From: Fibrobacterales bacterium
Lineage (GTDB): Bacteria > Fibrobacterota > Fibrobacteria > Fibrobacterales > JAOPTW01
Reading direction: 5' to 3'
Length of the DNA: 64,000 nucleotides
Assembly (NCBI GenBank): GCA_051532035.1
Contig: JAOPTW010000015.1
Span: 96,001 to 160,000, forward strand
Shown piece after piece: positions 40,154-50,768 of the stretch (positions are counted from its first letter, which is position 1; every line of letters begins with the position of its first letter). The translations under genes were made by a program, and so were the position numbers. The notes beneath the pieces were generated by a model, which worked only from the letters and a program-made list of their open reading frames with translations, had not been told where the DNA came from and searched no databases.

Positions 40154-42190
40154 ATGCGCTTCACCAATAAACATGTTATATACCTCTTTTTACTTTCAAT
40201 ATTATTGCCTACCTGTATATTGGCATTTTTAAGTATTAGAAGTATCACACAAGAGGTAGTCCTCATTGAAAACAAAGAGTACGATCAACTCAAAGAGTTC
40301 GAATCCGTCACCCGAAATGCCATTCACCATTATCTTGATAACACCTACCGAACCACTGCTCGACTTGCCCTTACCATTCACGACCTCCTCCCTAATCCAG
40401 CACAAAACCCCCAGAACTACTCCTTTGATAAACTTCCTACAGTACAGGGGTTATTTCTCTACTATGCAAATAGCCTTATCTACCCCAACGTCAGCTTTAT
40501 CACCACAACCCAGAACCAACTGTTGTCGGGAGAACTTGACCCATTTGAAAAAGGCTGGCTTACCCCACCTCATACTAAAACTGATCGCATGGCGCTCATT
40601 CGCAAACGAGTCAAACGCTCACAAAACCAGCTCCTCACTCCTTTTCTACAAAAGTACAACGTCGTAGAAATTATTAAGCTCTACGCCCTTATTGGCAATC
40701 ATAGTGGCACGATACGCTATTGCAACAAACTTCTCGAATTCCAGCCTATTCAAGGCCTCTACTCTGGCGACATAACGCCCTGGCTTTGGCTTACTCAATT
40801 TAGAGCCTATATTGCCCTAGGCCGGCACCCCGACGCCATTGAACTCACTAAAAAGATAATTGGACAATATTTTAGAAACCCCAGCACCTACAACATCAAT
40901 CAAATACAATTTTTGCACTCAGAAATTTTTGGAGTACTTCTCTCCTATGAATATCTTACTGTAAGAGATCGAGATTTTTTGTGGAATATTCATATTAACT
41001 GGCAACTCCACACCAATCACACCTACCAATTTATCAAACACCACGAGCTTCTTGCCTCTATGAATACAGGTGGAGAGCAATCCAACTTCGGCATCCGCAG
41101 TCGAGCAGATAGCACTCAAATTTTCATCAAAATTAGCGGCAACTTTACAGGGCATAATCAATCACTTACCGGGCTGTTCGATCGCACCAGTTTCTTTACT
41201 CATATTTTAAGTGCTATCCCCAATACTTTCGCCTCAAAGATTTCATATCGCATCCTCTACGATGGTCAAATTATTCATGCCAACAGCCCAACTCCCGATG
41301 TAGATTTCTATAAGGATATCAGCATTAGTAGCCACCTCCCCAAGCTCCGCCTTCAAATATATAAGACAGGAGAGAGTAAACTTATCGCAATGGCAAATCG
41401 GAAAAAAATATTTCTCTATAGCCTCCTTGCGACATCGATCATCACGCTCATTGTTGGATCGGCAGTAATCATCAGAGGTATTCGACAAGAGAAAAAATTA
41501 CTCTATATGAAGACCAATTTTGTATCGAGTGTTTCCCACGAACTCAAAACACCTATCACCTCTATTAAGATGCTTTCAGAGACACTCAAGACCGGACGAA
41601 TAACTGAAAGCAGTAAAGTTGCTCAATATTCAGGCCTCATTGAGAAAGAGTCAAACCGACTACAAACACTCATTGATGATATTTTACAGTACAGTAACTG
41701 GGAGCAGTCGCCCACAACTCAAATTGTAAGCCCCATAGATCTGAGTAATTTAGTTACCGACATTATCACCCCCTTTGAAACAAGGTGTGCGGCCAAATCA
41801 ATCACTCTGAGCCGAGCTATAGAAGCGTCATCGATCATTGAAGGGAATGAAAAAAGTATTATTAGCGTCATTCAAAACCTTGCAGGAAATGCAATTAAAT
41901 ATACCCCTGAAGGAGGGGCAATACATATAACAGTATCCCATGATGAGAAAGAGGTCTGTTACAGTGTTGAAGATACGGGACCGGGTATCCCTAAAAACGA
42001 ACACCGCAAAATTTTTACAGATTTTTATCGCGTTGGCAACGAGCTCACTAGAACAACAAAAGGGAGTGGACTGGGCCTTGCGATAGTTAAACGAATAACT
42101 GATGCGCACAATGCACGTATTACGGTTGAAAGTAAACCTGGTGCCGGTGCAAAATTCAAAGTATTTTTTAAATATGCACCTCAAGGGTAG
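40154..42190 (+). CDS. Membrane sensor histidine kinase with large periplasmic domain
   Basis: Two TMs, VSHELKTP, NAIKY, DTGPGI and GSGLGL. Confidence 0.92.
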   Translation: MRFTNKHVIYLFLLSILLPTCILAFLSIRSITQEVVLIENKEYDQLKEFESVTRNAIHHYLDNTYRTTARLALTIHDLLPNPAQNPQNYSFDKLPTVQGLFLYYANSLIYPNVSFITTTQNQLLSGELDPFEKGWLTPPHTKTDRMALIRKRVKRSQNQLLTPFLQKYNVVEIIKLYALIGNHSGTIRYCNKLLEFQPIQGLYSGDITPWLWLTQFRAYIALGRHPDAIELTKKIIGQYFRNPSTYNINQIQFLHSEIFGVLLSYEYLTVRDRDFLWNIHINWQLHTNHTYQFIKHHELLASMNTGGEQSNFGIRSRADSTQIFIKISGNFTGHNQSLTGLFDRTSFFTHILSAIPNTFASKISYRILYDGQIIHANSPTPDVDFYKDISISSHLPKLRLQIYKTGESKLIAMANRKKIFLYSLLATSIITLIVGSAVIIRGIRQEKKLLYMKTNFVSSVSHELKTPITSIKMLSETLKTGRITESSKVAQYSGLIEKESNRLQTLIDDILQYSNWEQSPTTQIVSPIDLSNLVTDIITPFETRCAAKSITLSRAIEASSIIEGNEKSIISVIQNLAGNAIKYTPEGGAIHITVSHDEKEVCYSVEDTGPGIPKNEHRKIFTDFYRVGNELTRTTKGSGLGLAIVKRITDAHNARITVESKPGAGAKFKVFFKYAPQG

Positions 42191-42216
42191 CCACCAATGA
42201 TGCAGAAGGAGAGACC

Positions 42217-42903
42217 ATGGATAAAGTACTCATAGTAGAAGATGAAGAGGTGATTCGCATTGGCCTTAAAGACAACTATGAATTAGAAGGATATGATGTC
42301 GCTATTGCCGTTGATGGAGAAGAAGCCATTACCATAGCGGAATCTTTTAAACCACAACTGATAATTCTCGATCTCATGCTCCCCAAAAAAAGTGGTTATG
42401 AAGTATGTCGCTATTTGAGAAAAAAAATGCCTGATATTTTCATCATTATGCTCACTGCAAAAACCGATGAATCAAGTATACTCACTGGTCTTGAAATGGG
42501 AGCTGATGATTACGTGCGCAAGCCATTTTCAATCCTTGAGCTCCTCGCCAGAACCAAAGCATTTCTTCGAAGAGATCAGCCTACAGGGTCAACAGAAAAC
42601 ACCATTAGCTTCAATGGCATCTTTATAGACTTTAAACGATTTGTTGCCACCAAGAATGGAGCGCCTATTGACCTCAACACTAAAGAGTTTCAAATAATGA
42701 AATACCTTAGTCAACGAAGAAGTGAAGTGGTTTTCAGAGAAGATATTCTTCAAGATGTATGGGGCTACGACATTGATGCATTACCCACCACACGAACGGT
42801 TGATAATCACATTGTTAAACTGAGACAAAAATTTGAGACCAACCCCTCACAACCAGAGATTATCCTATCAATCCGTGGCGCAGGTTACAAATTCGACGTA
42901 TGA
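42217..42903 (+). CDS. OmpR-family response regulator
   Basis: LDLMLP, GADDY.KPF, RTVDNHI..LR.K and RGAGYKF. Confidence 0.95.
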   Translation: MDKVLIVEDEEVIRIGLKDNYELEGYDVAIAVDGEEAITIAESFKPQLIILDLMLPKKSGYEVCRYLRKKMPDIFIIMLTAKTDESSILTGLEMGADDYVRKPFSILELLARTKAFLRRDQPTGSTENTISFNGIFIDFKRFVATKNGAPIDLNTKEFQIMKYLSQRRSEVVFREDILQDVWGYDIDALPTTRTVDNHIVKLRQKFETNPSQPEIILSIRGAGYKFDV

Positions 42904-45437
42904 AAATAATTTCTGTACACCGAGTAGCCATCTGGTTTTTCATTCTCACCCTCTGGGGGGTGAGTAGTGCCAATAATATGTACCACCGAGATATCATCAC
43001 GTATCAACGGGCAAGTTTTAGTTTAGAGATGCATCAAAATACAGAACAAGCCCTGCAAATTCTTGACTCTCTTTCGACTCAACCATCAAGCCCTGTCTTT
43101 TTAAATGCCCATACACTTTTGGGGAAATACGCTTTAACCAAACAAGACACTTCTGAAGCACTCACCCATTTTTTTACCGTCTACAATACCCCACTCCTCC
43201 CCGCATCACAGCGAACATGGGTCGGCACACTCCTCACATCACTCAACAGTGCTCCCGTCACCTTTATCCATCCTTCAATTAAAACGGGTATGACACCAGA
43301 CCGTGTGTTTAAAACAAATGAATCAATCATAGTAGTCTCCAAACAGAATGAACTCTTCGGTCTCGATAACAATGAGCTGACACCTCTTTATGTGGGAATC
43401 CCTCGCAACGACACTATCCTTTTTATCACCGATACTATTATTGTGCACCTTAATCTATCTCGTAATGTCATTACCATCCAGCAGATGTTCCCCATTAAAG
43501 CAACCTATATCTATCGTGCCGATGCTCCTATACTCTGGGCAGAGTACACCCCCGACCACACTATTTATATACATGCACAAGACAAAATCTCACTCCTCAG
43601 AACTGACAAAAAGGTGTGGTCCGCTGAAAAAGAGACTCCCGACATCTGCTCATTTAGTGGTTTTATTCCCTACATTAATGGTATCGCCGAACTCTGTTCA
43701 GACAACACCCTCATCATTCGCTCACTCCTTGATGGCACTATTAAATCTCGGTTTACTTTACCCGCACAACCAAAAAGTTTTTTCCCTCTTCGTGATGGGC
43801 TTCTAACCGTTTATGAAAACTCACTACAAAAACTGATTATCAATGAGTCGGTCTCGTCAGATTGGAATCTCTCTCTCACTAGAACGGGCAGCGGCTTTAT
43901 GTACCAAGACTATTTTATTCATCTATCACCAGATGGCACTCTTTCAAAAATCAATACTCTCACTGGAGAGGCCAGTTGGTCTAAGCAGACTTCAGCTACT
44001 GCTCTCTCTAATCTTGACAACAAAATCGGACTCTATAATCGTCAGGGCGATTTAATGGGTTATGATTTTGATGGCACTCAAAGTTGGAAGTATCAACTCG
44101 GCTCACCATTCTCGGCCCCACCCCTTACGAACGATTCAACGATAGTGTGCACCACGCCAACACGATTGATTGTGTTAAACAACCTCTATTTCGGTAACTT
44201 ACCAACGCAACAAGAGCGAGCTCTCACACGAATTAAAGCCACCCAACAAAGCGACATCAACCAGACCCTCCTTATGCTCAATCAAGTACTCCAAAAAGAG
44301 CCGGGAAATAATTTGGCTCATGAACTCAAGGCACATCTGTGTATCGACAACAGTGAGAATCCTAAAGATTGCACACGCCTCCTCCACAGAGCCGTCATAC
44401 ATGCAACAGAGCCCGATTCACTCTACAACCAGACACTGAAAAGTTATGCTCGCCTTATCGGGGCATCATGGGTTAAACGCATTCAAAAAAACCAAGACTA
44501 CGCCAAAGATATTTTACTCGACAGCACCCACTATTATGTCGTCGATGCAAAAGGTATTACTGCTATTGACCTAAAGAGTAATAGCCACAGCTGGGAATTC
44601 CCGCTGAAGCTTCACACATCAAAATTCACCTCTCTCATTGACTCGTCACACCTCTATATGACTCCCGACTCAGTAATGCACCAACTCAGCCTAACTCCTG
44701 GTGATCAGACCAACAATTCAGCCACTCTATCAGGCATAGTACTCCAACTCAAAGGATACGATGATATTCTTTTGGCTTACACTAAAAACCGAACACTCCA
44801 CATGATACAGAAGCATCCCTTTAAAGTTTCGTGGTCACTCCCTTTCACTACTGATAAAGTATTTTTTCCTAATACTATTCACCCCGAAACAATTGCTATT
44901 GTCTCACAAAATGGACTCATATATAATATCAACCGTTCGACAGGACTCCCCTTGAGTAATCACCCACTTTCTCCGGTACCTATTATCGATGTTATTAGCG
45001 ATACAAACAATCTCTATTTTGCTAATAGCAGAAACCAAGTCATTGCACGCAAACAACTCTCCTTGCTCCCCCACTGGACTGTTAACTATACAAAACCAAT
45101 AAAATCTCTCATGAATAGCCCCCATTGTGTTCTTGTTGAAACAGACTATGGTCAGATTTCATGCTTAAACAAAACCAATGGAGTCCTCTCGTGGAATAAG
45201 GCACTCAACAATTCGCCATTTCTTTTTGTAAATAATGATGAGTTTATATCTGCCGAAGGTACACAGCTCAACACGTATTCTTTAAAGACTGGCAAGTTGC
45301 GCACATCACAATCATTTCCCGATACGCTCAAGAGTTATAAGATATTTGAAAATCATATTATGATAACAACAGAAGAAGGACTTCTCTACTACTATAAACC
45401 ACCAGCAGTAGATTTACCAATAGAAATCACGCCATAA
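42900..45437 (+). CDS. Exported TPR plus PQQ-like beta-propeller protein
   Basis: Signal peptide; TPR-like helical segments; repeated 'TG...W' propeller motifs; ATGA overlap with the response regulator. Confidence 0.65.
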   Translation: MKIISVHRVAIWFFILTLWGVSSANNMYHRDIITYQRASFSLEMHQNTEQALQILDSLSTQPSSPVFLNAHTLLGKYALTKQDTSEALTHFFTVYNTPLLPASQRTWVGTLLTSLNSAPVTFIHPSIKTGMTPDRVFKTNESIIVVSKQNELFGLDNNELTPLYVGIPRNDTILFITDTIIVHLNLSRNVITIQQMFPIKATYIYRADAPILWAEYTPDHTIYIHAQDKISLLRTDKKVWSAEKETPDICSFSGFIPYINGIAELCSDNTLIIRSLLDGTIKSRFTLPAQPKSFFPLRDGLLTVYENSLQKLIINESVSSDWNLSLTRTGSGFMYQDYFIHLSPDGTLSKINTLTGEASWSKQTSATALSNLDNKIGLYNRQGDLMGYDFDGTQSWKYQLGSPFSAPPLTNDSTIVCTTPTRLIVLNNLYFGNLPTQQERALTRIKATQQSDINQTLLMLNQVLQKEPGNNLAHELKAHLCIDNSENPKDCTRLLHRAVIHATEPDSLYNQTLKSYARLIGASWVKRIQKNQDYAKDILLDSTHYYVVDAKGITAIDLKSNSHSWEFPLKLHTSKFTSLIDSSHLYMTPDSVMHQLSLTPGDQTNNSATLSGIVLQLKGYDDILLAYTKNRTLHMIQKHPFKVSWSLPFTTDKVFFPNTIHPETIAIVSQNGLIYNINRSTGLPLSNHPLSPVPIIDVISDTNNLYFANSRNQVIARKQLSLLPHWTVNYTKPIKSLMNSPHCVLVETDYGQISCLNKTNGVLSWNKALNNSPFLFVNNDEFISAEGTQLNTYSLKTGKLRTSQSFPDTLKSYKIFENHIMITTEEGLLYYYKPPAVDLPIEITP

Positions 45438-45483
45438 GTTCTATAAATGAAATACTAAAAAAGGCAATGAAAGCCCTTTTTAA

Positions 45484-46377
45484 TCAAAACTCACAGGTAA
45501 GATAGATATGTTTTATCCACTGAGAGAAAAACTCATTGCGGTGTGAACGCCACACATTTACTGGTTTTTCTATATCAAAGTGCACGGGCGGATGTACATC
45601 TTCACGAGGATTTTGCTGGTCTCGTATGGCTTCATCAACAATACGCCCTGAATTATATTCTGGGTGCCCAAGATGCACGAAAAAACGGTGATCAGGTGAT
45701 TCAAACATGAAGTACCCCGCCTCCTGACCATGTGCAAGGAGTGCAATGCTGCCCTCTTTTTCTGCAGCCTCAAGTACCGAATCTTCAATCCCCGAATGGC
45801 GACTTTGTGGGCACCAAAAATGATCATCGATTTCGCCAGTAATAGGGTGCTGTCGATCAAGATTAACCCCTTCATATATACCAAAGAGCTTTGTAGGATA
45901 CTGCATTTTATTAATGCCCATCCACTTTGCAATAGCAATACCACCCCAACATATACCGAGAGTTGAAGGTATATTCTCTTTGGCAAACTCAAAAATTTCC
46001 TGTAGCTCTGGCCAGTAAGATATATCTTCAAATGCGACTTCACCCACTGGAGCACCTGTGATAATGAGTCCATCGAGAACTTTATCTTTATTAGCCTCTT
46101 TAAATGAAATGTAGAGATTTTCTAAATGTTCTCGACGAGAACTTTTATACTCATGAGTATTTAACCGAATCCAGACAGGCTCAATTTGTAGAGGAGTTCT
46201 TCCCAAAGGGAAAAGGAGATTAAACTCATAGGTTTCAACATTGGGCATGATGTTTAAAATACCAACTCTGAGTGGACGTATATCCTGCCGCTCGGCATTT
46301 TCAGGAGTAATGCAGAAAACGCGCTTATTTTGAAGTGCTTCTCGTGCATGATAGTCTTGTGGTACTATAACAGTCAT
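45484..46377 (-). CDS. metA: Homoserine O-acyltransferase (MetA family)
   Basis: QDIRPL.V.ILNIMP, DGLIITGAP, ICWG, PQSRH and GHPEY. Confidence 0.93.
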   Translation of the reverse strand: MTVIVPQDYHAREALQNKRVFCITPENAERQDIRPLRVGILNIMPNVETYEFNLLFPLGRTPLQIEPVWIRLNTHEYKSSRREHLENLYISFKEANKDKVLDGLIITGAPVGEVAFEDISYWPELQEIFEFAKENIPSTLGICWGGIAIAKWMGINKMQYPTKLFGIYEGVNLDRQHPITGEIDDHFWCPQSRHSGIEDSVLEAAEKEGSIALLAHGQEAGYFMFESPDHRFFVHLGHPEYNSGRIVDEAIRDQQNPREDVHPPVHFDIEKPVNVWRSHRNEFFSQWIKHIYLTCEF

Positions 46378-46590
46378 CTCTTATCCCACAGGTTAAATTT
46401 GACAGAAATGTAGCAAAAATGGCCCCAATTATCCCGATATGGAACTGAATTAACAAAGATGCACTCCAATCAAAGAGCAAAAAAGAGCCTACTCGAATCA
46501 ATTCATTTATGAATATGAGACAATTACGTTGGAAGTTACTATCTCATATTTTTACATTTGCATCGCCTTTTGCCTATAGGGGGAAATATT

Positions 46591-48486
46591 GTGAAAAAAT
46601 GGTCTGTCGATCAATCTGCTGAACTCTACAACATCAATGGATGGGGTGCAGGATATTATTCAATAAATGAACTCGGAAATGTCGCCGTCACCCCCTACTC
46701 TGGAAAGGCGAGTGTTGACCTCTCAGTATTAATGCAAAACCTTGATGATCGGGATATCGCATCACCGGTACTCTTAAGATTTACCGATATACTCGACAAT
46801 AGAATCGAAAGTATGCACTCGTGTTTTATTACTGCATCAAAAGAGTATAATTACACAGGAAAAAACCACATCATTTATCCCATCAAGGTTAATCAGATGC
46901 GGCCTGTAGTCGAAGAATTGGTTACTCATGGACGTAAGTTTAATATTGGCCTCGAAGCAGGATCAAAGCCAGAACTCCATGCAGTACTTGCCACCAATAC
47001 TGATAGTGAATCGTTGATAATCTGCAACGGTTATAAAGATGAGGATTACATTGAGCTCGCACTCCTTGCTCAAAAAATGGGCCGTAAAATATTTCTCGTT
47101 GTTGAAAAGCCAAGAGAACTCCAACTCATTATTGAACTTGCAAAAAGACTCAATGTTATGCCCACCATAGGCATACGCGTTAAACTTGCGAGTTCCGGCA
47201 GTGGCAAATGGGAAGACTCCGGTGGAGATAACAGCAAATTTGGACTCACCTCTAGTGAACTTCTCGAAGCTCTTGATCTCCTCGAGACCCATGGAATGCA
47301 TGACTGCTTCAAATTGATCCATTTTCACATTGGGAGCCAAGTCAATAAAATACGAAGTATTATCAATGCGATGAAAGAGGCTGCACAATTTTATGTTCAA
47401 TTAAAAAAGATGGGCCACGCTGTTGAGTACGTTGATATTGGAGGTGGACTCGGTGTTGACTACGATGGAACCAGTTCATCCCTCAGTGATAGCAGTGTTA
47501 ACTACACCGTGCAAGAGTATGTGAATGATGCTATTTACACCTTTGTTGATGCCAGTGATAAAAACAACCTCCCCCATCCCAATATCATTACCGAATCTGG
47601 CCGTTCTCTGAGTGCACACCACTCACTCCTCGTTTTTGAAGTACTCGAAGCATCGTCCGTCCCCCTGTGGGATGCTGAAACCGATAGCATTAAAAGCTCA
47701 GATCACGAGCTCGTGAAAGAACTCCATACCCTGTATGACCAACTCCTCTCAAAGCGAATGATGGAAAGTTTTCACGATGCACAGGCGATTCGTGAAGAGG
47801 CACTCGACCGCTTTAGCCTCGGAGTCCTTGACCTTGCCTCTCGAGCAAAAATAGAAAAACTCTACTGGTCTGTCTGTCGCGAGGTACACGACATTATTTC
47901 ACATACACAACGCGCTCCTGAAGAATTTAAAGCATTGAGTAAAATTTTATGTGATAAATATTTTTGCAACTTTTCACTGTTTCAATCGTTACCCGATTCA
48001 TGGGCTATCGACCATATCTTTCCGATCATGCCCCTTCAGCGATTGAATGAAGAACCGACACGTGAAGCCACTATTCAAGATATTACCTGTGATTCTGATG
48101 GAAAAATAAGTTCATATATCTCCACAACCAACAGCCCCAACTACCTTCCTCTCCACCCAATTAAGCAGGGTGAACGCTACTATCTCGGAGCCTTTCTTGT
48201 GGGTGCCTATCAAGAGATTTTAGGGGACCTTCACAATCTTTTTGGCGACACTAATGCTGTACACGTATCGGTCACCGATTCAGGCTATAGCATCGACCAA
48301 GTAATAGATGGCGAAACCGTTGCCGATGTACTCGACTATGTTCAATTTGAACCCAAGAAGATGGTGCGCACTATTGAAGCATGGGTAACGGCATCAGTGA
48401 AAGCGGGGAAGATCTCTCAAAAAGAGGGCCGCGAATTTATAGCAATCTACAGTTCCGGCCTCTATGGGTATACCTATTTGGAATAG
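46591..48486 (+). CDS. speA: Biosynthetic arginine decarboxylase
   Basis: YPIKVNQ, GLEAGSKPE, HFHIGSQ, NFSLFQSLPDSWA, DITCDSDG and GAYQEILG. Confidence 0.97.
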   Translation: MKKWSVDQSAELYNINGWGAGYYSINELGNVAVTPYSGKASVDLSVLMQNLDDRDIASPVLLRFTDILDNRIESMHSCFITASKEYNYTGKNHIIYPIKVNQMRPVVEELVTHGRKFNIGLEAGSKPELHAVLATNTDSESLIICNGYKDEDYIELALLAQKMGRKIFLVVEKPRELQLIIELAKRLNVMPTIGIRVKLASSGSGKWEDSGGDNSKFGLTSSELLEALDLLETHGMHDCFKLIHFHIGSQVNKIRSIINAMKEAAQFYVQLKKMGHAVEYVDIGGGLGVDYDGTSSSLSDSSVNYTVQEYVNDAIYTFVDASDKNNLPHPNIITESGRSLSAHHSLLVFEVLEASSVPLWDAETDSIKSSDHELVKELHTLYDQLLSKRMMESFHDAQAIREEALDRFSLGVLDLASRAKIEKLYWSVCREVHDIISHTQRAPEEFKALSKILCDKYFCNFSLFQSLPDSWAIDHIFPIMPLQRLNEEPTREATIQDITCDSDGKISSYISTTNSPNYLPLHPIKQGERYYLGAFLVGAYQEILGDLHNLFGDTNAVHVSVTDSGYSIDQVIDGETVADVLDYVQFEPKKMVRTIEAWVTASVKAGKISQKEGREFIAIYSSGLYGYTYLE

Positions 48487-48521
48487 CTCCTTAATGGATT
48501 CCCATTCATTGATTCTTATTC

Positions 48522-49841
48522 CTAATGAGTAAAAGTTGTTTTGTGAATACCTATGGCAGTGCAATTGGTCTGCTCACTAATCTCAAACAGTGCGTCTCCT
48601 TCAGTAGAAAAGGCAAGAGCTTCAAACTGAGTACACTCTTTACTTGCGGGAAGCGCAAGTTCTAATTCACAAGTACCAGCGTCGAAAGCATTAGCTATTG
48701 TTTGGTCAGGGGCACGTGACCAAAACCATGTTGTATCATAATTTCCAACAGCGATCCGCGTTCCGTCAGACGATATATCTGAACGAGTCACCAAAAAATG
48801 ATTTATATTTTCTGATACCACCTTCAGTACATAAGCCCCATCTTTTTGTTCACTCAGAGGGTACTGTAACAGACGAGTATTAGATGCATCTTCATAATTC
48901 CATTTAGTGACCAAATAGATATCACCCGCCTCGCCCCCAACACTGTCTCCAGCGGGGTCAACAAAGATTGCCTCACAATCAGCAACGGGTGTGTCATGAT
49001 CACCTCCTGAATACCTCATCTCTAATACCGTAATATCAGAAATAAGATCATTGTCATTCGTCTGATCTATGATGGGCTCCTTAAATTTATAAATATACAC
49101 TGATGACCTTCCATTCCAGCCCTGTGATTCTCTCCCTTGATTGTCGCCAACATCTGCAAGATAGATACAGCTCCCTTCGCTATTTCCACAAGGAGCGAGG
49201 GCTATATCTTCATAATCGGTATCACCAACTCCAGACAACCGGTAACTCCGGATTCGTTCTCCAGTCGTTGCAGAAATTGCACTGACACGAGGCCCGCCAC
49301 CTGAATCGTTATGAACCCAAATAAGTTCTGCTCCTGCATTATTTTGAGTAGTACTCACAGCTGTTCCCGAAATTTCAACAAGGTCCATCCCACCTTGATC
49401 AACCACTTGTACATTAGTGACCCGTTCATAGCTCTCTACTACCGGACAATACATGTGCACTTCATAAGTAATACTTGATGAAGAAACCTCAGCTATTGAA
49501 GAACTCATACTCAATGAAGATGAAAGGGCGGCTGAAGAGTTCTCTTTCTTATAAGATGAATAGACACTACTCATTTCCGCACTTGATTCAGAAGAACTTA
49601 GATCATTCAACGATGATAAGGCTGAACTGGTATTTTCACTACTCTCTTCTGAGCTCTCACTCGTTACATAAGAACTTTCAAAAAGATCACCTTCCGATGA
49701 CACCAATAAATGCTCTGCAATTTGTGAAGCCCCCTGAGATGCCGATTCACTTTGTGATGATGTATCATCAGAGTCCATACTCTGACTACACCCTATACAA
49801 CTAAAAGCCAGAACTATGGCTCCTTTCATTACTCTATTCAT
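48522..49841 (-). CDS. Ser-linker lipoprotein with putative beta-propeller domain
   Basis: CIG-C lipobox and poly-Ser linker; EISG, WVHNDSG, DYEDIA, ADVGDN, DCEA and QFEA motifs. Confidence 0.7.
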   Translation of the reverse strand: MNRVMKGAIVLAFSCIGCSQSMDSDDTSSQSESASQGASQIAEHLLVSSEGDLFESSYVTSESSEESSENTSSALSSLNDLSSSESSAEMSSVYSSYKKENSSAALSSSLSMSSSIAEVSSSSITYEVHMYCPVVESYERVTNVQVVDQGGMDLVEISGTAVSTTQNNAGAELIWVHNDSGGGPRVSAISATTGERIRSYRLSGVGDTDYEDIALAPCGNSEGSCIYLADVGDNQGRESQGWNGRSSVYIYKFKEPIIDQTNDNDLISDITVLEMRYSGGDHDTPVADCEAIFVDPAGDSVGGEAGDIYLVTKWNYEDASNTRLLQYPLSEQKDGAYVLKVVSENINHFLVTRSDISSDGTRIAVGNYDTTWFWSRAPDQTIANAFDAGTCELELALPASKECTQFEALAFSTEGDALFEISEQTNCTAIGIHKTTFTH

Positions 49842-49888
49842 TTGTCCCTCGATCATATTTTCTTCAGGCCCCAGCTACAAAACAATTA

Positions 49889-50548
49889 TTATCTTCTATC
49901 CCCCACGATTCGTAAAATACGGATGAAGAGATTTATTATGTCCATATAGAGTGCTGCGGCACTATCGACAGCATTGTCCAAAGTTTTAGGGATTGCATTT
50001 GCGCGTCCCCAATCATACCCAATGTAGCCACAAAATATTATGGCTACAATCCAATCCATAATGCCGTGGTGAAAATTAAAAAACAACGAGCCAATAACTT
50101 CTACAACAATCACCACAAGAAGTGATATGGTTAACGCTCCAGAAATTTTTTGGAAAAAACCAGGAAAAAGTGTTCCAGCAATCATCATGAGAGCTGTAAC
50201 CAGACCAGTAGTCCTAATTGCTTCTGCTACAATTTCTGGATTGTACCCACTGACAATAACATTAAGTAACAAACCAAAAGGTACCACAACAAAATTATAT
50301 CCTAAGAAACTTATGAGGGGGTTATCTGATTTTTTAAAGAGTGCAATGCCTATCATACAACTCGCAAAATATCCTATCATAATTGGCATCATGCCGAATG
50401 AAACGATAGTCATAGGATCAATGTTAGTGACCATCCACCAATTTACTGCAAAACCCCAACAGAGTGTAATACCAATAGCCAGATTATACAGTGCTGGACT
50501 AATCTCAGTACCTGTTGCTTGTGTTCTATTAAATACGGTTGTTTCCAT
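49889..50548 (-). CDS. Bax inhibitor-1/YccA (US12) family membrane protein
   Basis: About 7 TMs, YIGYD and A.ALYMDIINLF.RIL. Confidence 0.88.
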   Translation of the reverse strand: METTVFNRTQATGTEISPALYNLAIGITLCWGFAVNWWMVTNIDPMTIVSFGMMPIMIGYFASCMIGIALFKKSDNPLISFLGYNFVVVPFGLLLNVIVSGYNPEIVAEAIRTTGLVTALMMIAGTLFPGFFQKISGALTISLLVVIVVEVIGSLFFNFHHGIMDWIVAIIFCGYIGYDWGRANAIPKTLDNAVDSAAALYMDIINLFIRILRIVGDRR

Positions 50549-50703
50549 TGATGAACCCTTTAAATGTTACTGTTTTACTGAGTAATATACTAAAGATATA
50601 CTTTCAATTCTTGGCATGTTCAAAGTATAACAGATTTGTCTATATATTCTCTTACTCGGGGTAAGTAACCACGAACAAATGTTTGGTATGTGAGGATAAA
50701 ATA

Positions 50704-50730
50704 AAGGCCAGAGAGTGTTCTCTGGCCTTA
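50704..50730 (-). terminator. serC terminator
   Basis: AAGGCCAGAGA-N4-TCTCTGGCCTT with a T-rich tail on the minus strand. Confidence 0.8.
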
Positions 50731-50768
50731 TATAATTACATGATATGACAGTGATTACCTTAGGGCGG

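Noticed and set aside
40021..40275. Head-to-head overlap of the EAL and kinase ORFs
   Set aside because: Artefact of longest-ORF calling; the likely starts are 40020 (-) and 40154 (+).
46378..46590. SAM riboswitch upstream of metA
   Set aside because: No SAM-I or SAM-II consensus visible, and the apparent promoter lies only about 30 bp from the start.
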